Below, piece after piece: positions 29,301 through 39,227 of a DNA stretch of 64,000 nucleotides (position 1 is its first letter; the number at the start of each line of letters is the position of its first letter). The stretch spans positions 1,024,001 through 1,088,000 of the forward strand of contig CAVVPN010000012.1 of assembly GCA_963750165.1 (NCBI GenBank). The letters are read 5' to 3'. The DNA comes from an uncultured Gemmataceae bacterium (GTDB lineage Bacteria > Planctomycetota > Planctomycetia > Gemmatales > Gemmataceae). Below the pieces are notes generated by a model. It had not been told where the DNA came from and ran no database searches. It worked only from the letters and a program-made list of their open reading frames with translations. Position numbers and translations under genes: made by a program.

Positions 29301-30412
29301 CCATCACGGAGGTCACGGCCCCCGACGGGACCGGCAGTCAGTGGGTGACCGAAACCGGGTTGCTGGTCTTCCACGTAGACGTGTCCGCCGGCACCCTGGA
29401 CCTGACCGGCGAGGTCACCGATGGCTCGGAGATCAGCCGCGGCGTCTTCATCGGCAACGTGCTGTATTCCATTTCCAACACCACCGTCCAGGCGCAATCC
29501 CTGGACGACCTCAGCACCGTCGTCAGCCAGGTGCAACTGCCCGCGCCGGTAAATCCGTATCCCTACGGGTGGGGGTATCTTCCCATCCTTGTCCCCATCG
29601 ACGTCGTCCTGCCCCTGGTGATCAGCGATGACAGTGGGGTCGAGCGCTTCGCAATCACGGCGGGCGGGGAAGTCAGTTCGCCGGACAACAACTCGGGGGA
29701 CGACACGAAGACCGTGGTCCCGTCCGGCAGCAGTTCAACCACCGGCACGACACCGGAGACCCCGGAGGTCAAGCCCGCCGCACCGGTGACGGACACGGTG
29801 ACCGTCTCGGTGACCACTCCCGTGGTCGCGCAGGCCAGCAGTCCCGCCGCCGTGACGGTGACGTTGACGACGCCAGCACCGGCACCGTTGTCGCCGGCGG
29901 GGTTCCTGGCGCCCGCCTCCCAGGCAGTGACGAGCACTTCGTCATCGGCCCAGGTCGCCCCGGTGACCGTCACCACGACCGCCGCGGTGGCGGTGACCGC
30001 CGTGGACACCGGGTCGCCATCGCCGTTGACGAAACCGCACATTTCCGCGGGCGGACAGGAGCCTCCGCCCGCGCCGCTCGACGCCGAGGACGCCGACTTC
30101 TTCCGGGAACAGGAAGGGGAAGCGGCGCCCCAACCCGTCGATGCGGTCGGCGGCCCGGAGGCCGACGCGGCCCTGTGCGCCGTCTGGGCCTCGGTCTGGC
30201 GCGCGGAGTTGTCGCACCCGACCGCAGCGCTTTACCGGGAGCTGGGGGAAGCGCTGGCCGATCCACCGCAGACTGTCCACGAAGGGGATGCCGGCCGGGA
30301 AGCGCAGGATGTGTCGCCGCTGTGGGCCCTGGCGGTGGCCGCGCTGCTGCCGATCCACCAGGTCAATGCCGGCCGACGGGAGCGCCGAACCGGCTGGCTC
30401 GACCGGAGTTGA
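26339..30412 (+). CDS. Large secreted protein: delta-60-type repeats plus Beta_propel-type secreted beta-propeller domain
   Basis: RPRVELLEDRRLLS; repeated RYNADGTPDTTF motifs; YSTTNVQVNGVDEGDTVKTDG, IYAVRFLGDRAFVSTY..TDPLF; Thr/Pro-rich tail. Confidence 0.8.
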   Translation: MIQSWTNHERASWRRDRGGRRHTTGQRWRYRPRVELLEDRRLLSAGAIDPTFGQNGVTAPDGGAASRALVVEADGKILLLDQTQTGYNLLRYNTDGTPDTTFGDQGAVTGTFGAGTAVFSLGVRADGRIVVAGAADSSLDEAHFNPDGTADTTFANGGMSVSLPMPNITFSDMAVQNSGAVVAVGASGDDLVVVELDASDGQLCPGFGGCGSVTVALGAGAQAGGVAFQSDGKVVVSGFGGGQLSVLRYNADGTPDTTFATAGVATVAVSGTTPLSSHVAVDPTTGQVAATADTYALIASLDGPPPEGGYGKEYFNLFRFNADGSPNTAFGNQGEVVTSTSVWIDAPSNFFSHDVAFEQDGKLLVAQLSEGSTDVLRYGADGALDLTYGNGGDASVGLTWDYTQLPAPTHPLALQGDGEVVVASDTFLNGQDGAYSNGAVVTRLQTDSHLRPQQFGSEAAFREYVIDQAVQRYASLLAQTFPNYYFAFPLATEAVTTSLATGTVDAVDEASPTYSTTNVQVNGVDEGDTVKTDGQYLYVLSGGQLVILTAWPASALQTLSVTALQGSPQAEFLDGDRLTVITQDYVSDPSSPPPGVVTPSAIVAGNLIPYWGYPSQPVVRVTVFDVSDPSAPAVMQQTTLDGTYNTSRAIGDTVYVALSNELTSVPAPTYQLVGNNSVYETEVDYRAQLEALPLNQLLPTYTTHYTDAAGDHDLSGLLTDPADLYQPAVPDDNTLMSLVSFDVSGAVAGPTHSVSLLTSYDATLFAATDNFYLISSRWSYVSNWTFIDQLSLAGGDITLTATGRVPGSILNSYSAGENGNDFYIATTTGWWNNSSNNLYVLTANGASLDVVGKLEGLAPDDSIYAVRFLGDRAFVSTYENTDPLFAVDLSDPTHPVVAGTLEVSGYTGYLQALDATHLIGIGRDSDPVTGETTDITVSLFDVSDLNNPILVSRYHVAPQGWSWSAAEYDFHAITWYPELQALALPISTITEVTAPDGTGSQWVTETGLLVFHVDVSAGTLDLTGEVTDGSEISRGVFIGNVLYSISNTTVQAQSLDDLSTVVSQVQLPAPVNPYPYGWGYLPILVPIDVVLPLVISDDSGVERFAITAGGEVSSPDNNSGDDTKTVVPSGSSSTTGTTPETPEVKPAAPVTDTVTVSVTTPVVAQASSPAAVTVTLTTPAPAPLSPAGFLAPASQAVTSTSSSAQVAPVTVTTTAAVAVTAVDTGSPSPLTKPHISAGGQEPPPAPLDAEDADFFREQEGEAAPQPVDAVGGPEADAALCAVWASVWRAELSHPTAALYRELGEALADPPQTVHEGDAGREAQDVSPLWALAVAALLPIHQVNAGRRERRTGWLDRS

Positions 30413-30442
30413 TTCCACGAAAAGCGCTTGTCCTGATGGTTC

Positions 30443-32925
30443 CTACTTACTGAGCCGTTGTTGCACCGCCCGCGCCGCGCGCGTCAGCCACGCCTCCGGC
30501 TCGCCCGCGGCCAGCGACTGCACCAGCGCCCGCGCCTCGACGCTACCGATCAACTCCAGCACCGCCAGCGCCCGCAGCTGCTGCAGCACCGCCGGCGCCG
30601 CCCCCGGCCCCTCCAGCTTCTCCAGCAATTTCTCGACGCGCAACCGCACTTCCAGCGGCGGGTTGTCGCCCAGCGCCTTCTCCAGCAGCGGCAGTGCCAG
30701 CTCGCCCAGAATTTCCAGCTCCGCCACCGCCTGCTGTCGTTTCACGAACTGATCGCTGCGCAAGTCGCCGACCAGCGTGCGCATCCGCTCCAGTTCCTTC
30801 GCCGTGCTCGGCCGCAACGTTTTCCGCAGCAGAGTCACGGCATCCTGCGGCGCCTGCACCAACTTCCGCACGGCCTGGTGTCCCCGGGCGTTTGCCGCCG
30901 CCAGTTCCTGCCACCAGGCATCCAGTTCGGCTGCCGTCGCCTGCCGCGGGTCGTGGCGCGTCCGGGCCAGCCACGGCTCCGCGTCCCAGATCAGCATGGT
31001 CAAATCCGAACTGCCCGACACCAACCGTTTGCCGTCCGACGACCAGCTGACCGACGACACGCCTGCGCGGTGCCCCGGCAACAGGGCCAGCTCGCTGCCG
31101 GTCACCACGTCCCAGACGAGGAGGTGCCCGTCGGTGGTGCCGCCCGCCAGCAGCCGGCCGCTGGGCGAAAACGCCACGTCGTTCACGACATGGCCGCGCG
31201 TCGCCAGGCTGGCCACGGTGGTTCCGGTGGCCAGCTCGCGCAGCGTCACGTCGCCTCCGCTGTAGAGCGCTTGCGCCGCCAGGCCGCCGTTGGGCGCCAG
31301 CGCGACCCGGTGCGCGATCACCGGCGTCAGTGTGGAGCGCGGCAGTCGGCGGCCCGTCGCCACGTCGTACGCCATGAGTCGCTGGACCTGCACCGCGACC
31401 AGCCGGCGGCCGCCCACGTCGAAGCGCCCGTCAACTTGACCGTTGATCGCGATCAGTTTCTTGCGGCCGGCCACGTCCCAGAGTTGGAATTTCGCGCCGC
31501 CGTTCCGCGCGCGGGTCGAGGAGCTGGGCCAGCAAGTATTTGCCGTCCGGGGTCAGCGCCAGTAGTGTCGGCACGTAATTCGGCTCGTCCAATTGCAGGA
31601 GCACTTTCTTGCTCGCCACGTCGCGCACGGCGACCTGCTTTCCTTCCCTGCCGCTGGCCTGAACGCGGCCGTCGTCCGACACGGCCCCCGCGGCCCACGA
31701 GCCCGGCTCCCAGCCGACGCGCTTCAGCAGCCGGCCGGTCGTGGCGTCCCAGAAGGACGCGGCCGATTCCTCGGAGCCGAAGTAGCCCGGGCTGGTCGAA
31801 ATCAGCGTCCGGCCATCCGGGGCGAAGCGGACGAAGACGCTCAGACCGCGCGGGCTCGCGAAGTCGTGGACCGGCTTGCCGGTGGCCGTGTGCCAGAGCC
31901 GCACGATGCCGTAGTCCGTGGTGGCCAGGTGGCGGCCGTCCGGCGACACCATCAGGTGATAACTGCCCTTGTAATTGGGGATCGTGTGAAGGCGTTTGCC
32001 CGTCGCCGCCTCCCAGCTGTGGGTGGCGCCGTCGCTGTCGGCGACGAAGAGGCGGCGGCTGTCCGGCGTGAAGGTCACCTGGCCCGGACAGCCGAAATGC
32101 CCGGTGACGCGCGTCAGGCGCTTGCCCGTGGCGACCTCCCAGACATCGAGGTGCTTGAAGTAGTTGCCGAGCGCTGCGAGCAGCTTGCCGTCCGGCGAGA
32201 AGGCGGCGGAGGCGTAGGTGCCCTGGTCCTGGTTGTCGCCGAACTCGGTCAGGCGCTTGCCGGTGGTGGCGTCGTAGAGGACCACCAGGCTTTTCAGCGC
32301 GGCCACAGCCAGCGCTTTGCCGTCCGGGGTGAAGGTGATGAAGGGGTAATAGCTGGTGTGCCGTTCGCAGGGCAGCGACCGCAGCAGCTTGCCCGTGGCG
32401 ACCTCGTACAGTTCCACCGCGCCGTCGCTCTTGAGCAGGGCCAGGCGCTGGCCGTCGGGCGCGAACCGCACCATGCGCAGGTTCAGATAGTGCGCTTGTT
32501 TGATCTCGAAGCACTCCTTGCCCGAGGGCACGTCGCGCACGCGGCAGGTGCCGACATTGTTGATTTCCGCCACGTGAACGCCGCCGGGCGACAGGACCGC
32601 GGTGGTGAAGGGTGACGGCTCCGTTTTCGGGTTGTCCTTCAGGGCGGGCAGCGTATGCAGTTCCTTCCCGGTGAGGACGTCCCACACCTGGACGGCAGTG
32701 CGGTTGGCCGTGACGATCTTCTGGCCGTCGGCCGAGAACGCCAGGGCCGCGAGCTGACCGCCGGCGCAGGCGAACGGTGCCGATGCGCAGCAGTGCCCCC
32801 TTCGGGAGCGGGTCGCCGTGATAGTCGAACCCCGGTTTGGGGCCTGCGGTTTGACCGTGGGCAGGGCCGGCCGCCCACGACAGCGTCAGTGCCCCCAGGA
32901 ACGTCGCCAACAGGAACCGCAACAT
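30443..32925 (-). CDS. Secreted WD40-repeat protein with HEAT-like C-terminal cap; frameshifts near 32763 and 31505
   Basis: Signal peptide plus DYHGDPLPKGALLRIGTVRLR, many FSPDGK/WD repeats and a C-terminal RALAVLELIG..EARAL across three frames. Confidence 0.8.
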
Positions 32926-33067
32926 GATTGGGCCCTCACCGCGTCTTGATGGTTCCAGAAGCCCCGCACCTGGCACGCCGCCAGTGGGTCTGATTTCTCC
33001 CCTAACGAACGTTCGGGATCGATCAACTTGCGCGGCGGGTCAGTCGGACGGCACAACCTGTCATCGG

Positions 33068-33770
33068 TTATTCCAGGTAGGCACGCCGGGTGGCCTCACT
33101 GTAGGTGCCCTCCAGGTCGATCAGGAGGGAGCGCTCGGCGGTCAAGGCCAGTGGCAAGGTGGGCAACGGTTCGCCGACCGTCAGCGTCCGATACCAGCCG
33201 TCCAGAAACTGACCGCCTTCGGGAGTGGGGCCGCCCGCGTTCCAGCTCACGGCCTGGGGCGGTAGTCCGACCGGGAACTGACATTCCACCTCGGCCGCCA
33301 TCGCTTCAATGAACGAATAGCCCAGCGGCCGGCGGTGAACGTCGATCAGCATCAGGTGGACGCCGGACCACAGGTAGCTCAGGTAGCGGTTGCGGTAGAA
33401 CTCGCGGGAGGAGGCGCGGTCCTTGTTGCGCGGCGACACCAGTTCGATGGCCGCGACGAGTTGGCCCTCGCGAAAGATGTGGACGGCCGGGCGCGGTTCC
33501 GGGTGGAGCAAGGCCACGGTCTTGAAGTCAGGTTGCTGCGGTTCGACCAGTGCCTCGGACGGTGCTGCGGTTTCCTCCCCGCGCCTGCCAGGTGCGGACG
33601 CCCAGATCGGGCCGACCCGGTTCAGCGCCGATGCTCAGCCCGGGAACGGAGCCCAGGTACGCCCGGTAGCCCGGCGGCAAGCGATCCTGCGCCCAGAACA
33701 GCAAGGCGTTGATCCACAGCTGGTGGACGCTGTCCCAGCCACGGTCGTCGGTCCAGTCGTGTAGCGGCAT
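33068..33770 (-). CDS. DUF4058-family (PD-(D/E)XK/Uma2-like) protein, frameshift near 33580
   Basis: MPLHDW..GW..H.LW at the N-terminus; LVAAIELVSPRNKDR, LPTLPL, IDLEGTY in the second frame. Confidence 0.8.
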
Positions 33771-33799
33771 GGTCGCACCTTTCTGATCGCCTCATTGTC

Positions 33800-34029
33800 C
33801 TCTGCCCGTCGCCGTCTGCAAGGCAGTCGCACTTTGAAGTTAGCGCCACTGGCCAAGCGGTCGGCTCCTCAAAAACCAGGTCGCCGGGCCGGTCCGCCTC
33901 CACGGCCTTCCAACCTTTGCCCTGAAGGTAGGCCACGACGTTCGCCACATGCACCTGATCCAGCCGCGGATCGAGCCAGCGCCGGTAGATATCGCGGTCG
34001 TCGAGATGTCGGCGGTGATATTCTTTCAT
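33800..34029 (-). pseudogene. Possible truncated hypothetical gene
   Basis: The first ~55 codons (WLDPRL...YLQGKGWK...LVFEEP) look protein-like, then the ORF runs into DUF4058 in a non-coding-looking frame. End coordinate approximate. Confidence 0.3.
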
Positions 34030-34085
34030 GGTTCTTCTCCCTGGCCCAGTCGAGCCATGTCATGCAGTATCACTTTCTCCTTCTC

Positions 34086-34502
34086 TCATGAGGAGAGCGT
34101 CTGTAGCAGTTGACCGATCAACCCTGGCGATACGTCCGCCGGTCCCGACCCGACCACCAGCGCCAGCGCCTCGGCAAGCGCTCGCCCCTCAGCCAAAGCG
34201 ACGCCAGCAGCCGCCACCCCAACCGACCGACTCATCCCAGCGGAGCAGCATATTAGCACCGGCACGCTGCTTCTCAATAGCGCAGCGACCGCATCGACCA
34301 CCAAACGCAGAAGCCACGGCGGGTTCTCGCCACCATCGGACAACGGAAACCTGCAGCGGATTAGATCCCGCGGCAGGGTGGCAAACGGCTCACTGTCGGC
34401 CAGTTCCACCACTGCTTCGACGCCGACGGCGAGCACCGCGCGGGCGTCGCGCAGGTCGGCGGCGTTCCCGAGCCACAAGGAACGACCAGCGACCTTACGC
34501 AT
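34086..34502 (-). CDS. Dual-specificity/tyrosine phosphatase-family protein
   Basis: LWLGN, FPLSDG and the CX5R loop CSAGMSRS. Confidence 0.8.
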   Translation of the reverse strand: MRKVAGRSLWLGNAADLRDARAVLAVGVEAVVELADSEPFATLPRDLIRCRFPLSDGGENPPWLLRLVVDAVAALLRSSVPVLICCSAGMSRSVGVAAAGVALAEGRALAEALALVVGSGPADVSPGLIGQLLQTLSS

Positions 34503-34570
34503 GAGCACCCCCCATTGTACCCTGGCAGCCGGCTGGCACACGACAGCGCTTCGCCTCGCCGATTTTGCGG

Positions 34571-35917
34571 TCAACCGCCCAGGACGCCCCGCACCGTCGC
34601 GATCAACTCCCGCGCCTGGCTCGCCGCCGGCGCCTCCGCGATGATACGCACAATCGGTTCGGTGTTGCTCGGCCGCACATGCACCCAGCGATCCGCCCAG
34701 TCCAGCCGCAGCCCATCGACGGTGTTGCTCTTCACGTCCGGCCAGCGCTGTTGCAGCTGCGCGAACGCCTGCGGCAGCCGCTCGCGCTGGACGGTGCCTT
34801 TGTCCTTGACGATCTCATAGCGCGGCAGTTCCGCGACGACGGCGCTGAGCGGTTTGCCTTCCTCCGCGAGCAAATTCAGGATCAAGCCCATACCGATGAA
34901 TGGGTCGCGCACCCAGCCGACGCGCGGGTCAATGACGCCGCCGTTGCCCTCACCGCCGATCACCGCCCCGACCTCACGCATCTTCTCGACGACGTTCGCC
35001 TCACCCACCGCCGACCGGTGACAGGCCACGCCGCAGCGCCCCGCGATGTCCTCGACCAGCCGCGACGTGGACATGTTGATGACCACTGGCCCGCGCTCCG
35101 AACGCAGCCGGAACAGCACCGCCAGCGCCAGCGTCAGTTCCTCGCCGATGTAGTGGCCGTGTTCGTCGATGAGCGCCAGCCGATCCGCATCCGGGTCCAG
35201 GACGAGGCCCAGTGCCGCACCGTTTGCCGCGACGCGCAGACAAACCTGGTGCAGGTTCGCCTCGACCGGCTCCGGTTCGTGCCTGAAGTAACCGTCCGCG
35301 TCGCCGCCCACGACCTCGACCTTGCAACCCAGCGACTCCAGTAACTGCCGTCCCAGCGGCCCGCCGGCGCCGCCGTTGGCGTCCAGCAACACCCGCAACT
35401 GCCGGCTGCGGATGCGCGGCACGTCCACCAGTTCCAGCACGCGCTCGCGGTGCAGCGGTGCGCCGAGGGGAGTGTCAAACACACAGCCGATGCGGTCCCA
35501 GGCGACCTGGCGGAACTGGCCGCCGTCGAAGAGCGCTTTGATCTGCTGCCCCTGCGCCGCGGTCAGCACCGCCCCGTCCGGGCCGAAGAGCTTGAGGCCG
35601 TTCCACGGCGCCGGGTTGTGGCTGGCGGTGATCTGCACGCCGCCGGCCGCTTTCAGCTCGCGCACCATCAGCCCGACCGTCGGCGTCGGCGCCACACCAA
35701 TGTCCTGGACCGTGGCACCACCGGCGAGCATCCCCGCCAGCACCGCGTGCCGTAGCATCACCCCGCTGGGCCGGCCGTCGCGGCTCAGCACGAACGTACC
35801 GCCCTCGGTCGCCGTCGCCAGTGCCTGCGCGAACCGCAGCACCGCCTCCGGCGTCAGGCCGGCGCCGACCACGCCGCGAATGCCCGACACGCTGACAATC
35901 AGTTCGTCGCTCGTCAT
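34571..35917 (-). CDS. glmM: Phosphohexomutase (phosphoglucosamine mutase/PMM-PGM family)
   Basis: SGIRG, ITASHNP, DPDADR, GGEGNGG, RPSNTEP. Family is certain; substrate and symbol are less so. Confidence 0.75.
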   Translation of the reverse strand: MTSDELIVSVSGIRGVVGAGLTPEAVLRFAQALATATEGGTFVLSRDGRPSGVMLRHAVLAGMLAGGATVQDIGVAPTPTVGLMVRELKAAGGVQITASHNPAPWNGLKLFGPDGAVLTAAQGQQIKALFDGGQFRQVAWDRIGCVFDTPLGAPLHRERVLELVDVPRIRSRQLRVLLDANGGAGGPLGRQLLESLGCKVEVVGGDADGYFRHEPEPVEANLHQVCLRVAANGAALGLVLDPDADRLALIDEHGHYIGEELTLALAVLFRLRSERGPVVINMSTSRLVEDIAGRCGVACHRSAVGEANVVEKMREVGAVIGGEGNGGVIDPRVGWVRDPFIGMGLILNLLAEEGKPLSAVVAELPRYEIVKDKGTVQRERLPQAFAQLQQRWPDVKSNTVDGLRLDWADRWVHVRPSNTEPIVRIIAEAPAASQARELIATVRGVLGG

Positions 35918-36061
35918 GCCACCTTCTCCTGTCCGGCGGCACGTCAGCTGCTATTCAGCCTGACAGGCCCGGGGTTTCTATCATACGTGGTGCAGGCGGC
36001 CCGCCTGCCGGTTCCGCAGGCGGGCCGCCTGCACCACGACAAAACCAAAGGTGACTCCCCC

Positions 36062-37999
36062 ATGACCACCCAGGTGCGCGAACGGTCCGCCGAGCACGTG
36101 ACGCTGCTCAGCGACCAGGACATTTACCTCTTCAACGAGGGCAGTCACTTCCGCCTGTACAACCACCTCGGCGCCCATCCGTTGACGGTGGGCGGCGTCG
36201 CCGGCACCTACTTCGCCGTCTGGGCGCCCGGCGCCGAGCGCGTCGCCGTCATGGGCGACTTCAACGGCTGGAACCGCGATAGTCATCTGCTGCGGCCGCG
36301 CGGCAGCTCCGGCATCTGGGAGGGTTTTGTCCCCGGCATCGGCCGCGGCGCTACCTACAAGTATTACATCACCTCGCGCTTCCACGGCCACCGCGCCGAG
36401 AAGGCCGACCCGTTCGGCTGGTTCCATGAGGTGCCGCCGCGCACCGCCTCCGTCGTGTGGGACCTCACCTATGAATGGGGCGATGGCGTCTGGATGACGG
36501 AGCGCGGCCGTCACAATTCGCTGCACGCGCCGATCAGCATCTACGAGATGCACCTCGGTTCGTGGCGGCGCGTGCCGGACCAGGACAACCGCTGGCTGAG
36601 CTACCGCGAACTCGCCGCGCCGCTGGCTGATTACGTCCAGCGCCTCGGCTTCACGCACGTCGAGTTTCTGCCGTTCCTGGAGCACCCGTTCGCGCCGAGC
36701 TGGGGCTACCAGGTCACCGGCTACTTCTCGCCGACCAGCCGCTTCGGCACACCGCAAGATCTGATGTATTTGATCGACTATCTGCACCAGCAGGGCATCG
36801 GCGTCATCCTCGACTGGGTGCCGGCCCACTTCCCCTTCGACGGCCACGCCCTGAGCTACTTCGACGGCACGCACCTGTACGAGCACGCCAACCCGCTGCA
36901 GGGCCAGCACAAGGACTGGAACACCGCCATCTTCAACTTCGGCCGCCACGAGGTCGTCAGTTTCCTCATCAGCAATGCCCTGTTCTGGCTGGACAGGTAT
37001 CATCTCGACGGCCTGCGGGTCGATGCGGTGGCGTCGATGCTGTACCTGGACTACTCGCGCAAGGAGGGCGAGTGGGTCCCGAACCGCTTCGGCGGCCGCG
37101 AAAACCTGGAGGCCATCGATTTCCTGAAGCGCTTTAACCAGGAAGTGTATCGCTGCTACCCCGACGTGCAGATCAGCGCTGAGGAATCGACGTCCTGGCC
37201 GATGGTGTCGCGGCCGACGTACCTGGGTGGCCTCGGCTTCGGCCTGAAGTGGGATATGGGGTGGATGCACGACACGCTCCACTATTTCGAGCACGACTCG
37301 ATCCACCGCCGTTTTCACCATCAGGAGTTGACGTTTCGCATGCTGTACGCCTTTAACGAGAACTACATTCTGCCGCTGTCGCACGACGAGGTGGTGCATG
37401 GCAAGCGGTCGCTGCTGAGCAAGATGCCGGGCGACTACTGGCAGAAGTTCGCGAACCTACGGCTGCTGTTCGGCTACATGTGGGCGCAGCCGGGCAAGAA
37501 GCTGCTGTACATGGGCGGCGAGTTCGGTCAGTGGATCGAGTGGCAGCACGACCAGAGCCTCGACTGGCACCTGCTGCAGTACGACGCGCACAAGGGCCTG
37601 AGCCGCTGGGTGAGCGACCTGAACCGGCTGTACCGCAGCGAGCCGGCCCTGCACGACCATGATTCCGATCAGGCCGGCTTCGAGTGGATCGACGCCAACG
37701 ACGCCGACCAGAGCATTTTCAGCTTCCTGCGCAAGTCGCGGCTCGGCGAGCGGGCCGTCGTGGTGGTGATGAACTGCACGCCGGTGGTGCGGGAGGGCTA
37801 TCGGCTGGGCGTGCCACACGGCGGCCGCTGGGTGGAGCTGCTCAATAGCGACGCGCAGATTTACTGCGGCAGCAACGTCGGTAACCTCGGCAGCGTCCTG
37901 GCGTTGCCGGACGGCTGGCACGGCCGGCCGGCGTCGTTGTTCCTGACGCTGCCGCCGTTGAGCATTCTGTTTCTGCAAGCCGAGGAACTGGTCCGATGA
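36062..37999 (+). CDS. glgB: 1,4-alpha-glucan branching enzyme
   Basis: [53 protein letters not shown]. Confidence 0.97.
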   Translation: MTTQVRERSAEHVTLLSDQDIYLFNEGSHFRLYNHLGAHPLTVGGVAGTYFAVWAPGAERVAVMGDFNGWNRDSHLLRPRGSSGIWEGFVPGIGRGATYKYYITSRFHGHRAEKADPFGWFHEVPPRTASVVWDLTYEWGDGVWMTERGRHNSLHAPISIYEMHLGSWRRVPDQDNRWLSYRELAAPLADYVQRLGFTHVEFLPFLEHPFAPSWGYQVTGYFSPTSRFGTPQDLMYLIDYLHQQGIGVILDWVPAHFPFDGHALSYFDGTHLYEHANPLQGQHKDWNTAIFNFGRHEVVSFLISNALFWLDRYHLDGLRVDAVASMLYLDYSRKEGEWVPNRFGGRENLEAIDFLKRFNQEVYRCYPDVQISAEESTSWPMVSRPTYLGGLGFGLKWDMGWMHDTLHYFEHDSIHRRFHHQELTFRMLYAFNENYILPLSHDEVVHGKRSLLSKMPGDYWQKFANLRLLFGYMWAQPGKKLLYMGGEFGQWIEWQHDQSLDWHLLQYDAHKGLSRWVSDLNRLYRSEPALHDHDSDQAGFEWIDANDADQSIFSFLRKSRLGERAVVVVMNCTPVVREGYRLGVPHGGRWVELLNSDAQIYCGSNVGNLGSVLALPDGWHGRPASLFLTLPPLSILFLQAEELVR

Positions 38000-38100
38000 G
38001 CGCGGCCTGACACGCGGACCTCGGAGCGGTCCCGGTGGTGGACGACGGTGGTCGGAGTCGTGAGCGAGTTGCGCTCGGCGCGCTGGAAAAGAGTATCCCC

Positions 38101-39159
38101 ATGCCCAGCCGAAAACGCCTGAACCTGCTGGTCCGCAACTTCCACGAGAACGGCCTGAAATTCATGCTGGAGAACCCCGGCAACGTCCGCGACCTGCTGC
38201 AGCTGCTCGGCGTGGAGCTGCTGCCGCGGATCGACTTCGCGCGGATGCAGGTGGTGCCGGGCCGCTTCGTGCAGCGCGAATTCCGCCACGTCGAAGCGGA
38301 CCTCGTGCTACAGGCGCCGCTGCGGCCGGAGCCCGGCAGCGGCCAGCGCCGCATCCTCCTCTACATCCTCATCGAGCACCAGTCGGAGCTGGACCACCTC
38401 ATGCCGCTGCGGGTGCTGGAGTACGTGGTGCTGATCTACAAGCGCCAGCTGCGCCTGTGGGAGCGGCAGCACGGCAACCTCGACCACTGCCGGCTGCAGC
38501 CGGTGCTGCCGATCGTGCTGTACACGGGCACGCGCACGTGGGACCGGCTGGGCGGCGTCCGGGAACTGGTGGAACTGGGCGACGAACTGGCGGAGCGTGT
38601 CCCGGAGCTGCAGCCGCTGTTCCTGAACGTGGGCCAGACGAGCGCGGAGGCGCTGGCGCAGGGGGGACCGTTCGGGCTGCTGCTGCTGCTGCTGGCGCAG
38701 CAGCGGCGCGTGCGGCTGCCGGTCTTCGAGCAGACGCTGCGCGAGGTGGTGCAGGGTCTGGAAGCGCTCGGGGAACAGGATCGGGCGCGCTGGCTGGAAC
38801 TGCTGTCGTTCATCGAGTCGCCGATTTATAATGAGCGGGAAGAATCGGAACGCGAGCCGTTGGTTGAAAAGGCGGCAGGCTCCGTGCAGAACGACGCCCG
38901 CCGTCAGGAGGTGATTGACATGGGCCGGACGATTGCGGATGCCCTCCGAGATGAGGGGAGAGAAGAAGGGCGGCAGGAGGGAGAATTGCGGACCCAGCGC
39001 CGATTGTTGGTGCGCATGCTGCGGAACAAGTTCGGCAGGATTCCCGCCGCAGTGGTGAGGCGCATCGAGGCGACGGAACGGCTCGCTCTGCTCGATCAGT
39101 GGTTCGATCAGGCGACGACCGCCAACACGCTCAACGAGGTCAATTTCAACGCCGAATGA
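38101..39159 (+). CDS. Rpn/YhgA-like recombination-promoting nuclease (putative transposase) with DUF4351-like tail
   Basis: EADL, YILIEHQS, MPLRVLEY, PVLPIVLYTG, EGREEGRQEG, KFG. Confidence 0.85.
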   Translation: MPSRKRLNLLVRNFHENGLKFMLENPGNVRDLLQLLGVELLPRIDFARMQVVPGRFVQREFRHVEADLVLQAPLRPEPGSGQRRILLYILIEHQSELDHLMPLRVLEYVVLIYKRQLRLWERQHGNLDHCRLQPVLPIVLYTGTRTWDRLGGVRELVELGDELAERVPELQPLFLNVGQTSAEALAQGGPFGLLLLLLAQQRRVRLPVFEQTLREVVQGLEALGEQDRARWLELLSFIESPIYNEREESEREPLVEKAAGSVQNDARRQEVIDMGRTIADALRDEGREEGRQEGELRTQRRLLVRMLRNKFGRIPAAVVRRIEATERLALLDQWFDQATTANTLNEVNFNAE

Positions 39160-39227
39160 GTTTGCGTACCCAGGCTCTCCGCTGCGGTCACCGTCTTCGG
39201 CTCCAAGTCGTCCCCAAGGAAGAACCC

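Noticed and set aside
38101..39159. Rpn/YhgA gene as an active IS element
   Set aside because: No terminal inverted repeats or target duplication seen; this family is not known to transpose as an IS.
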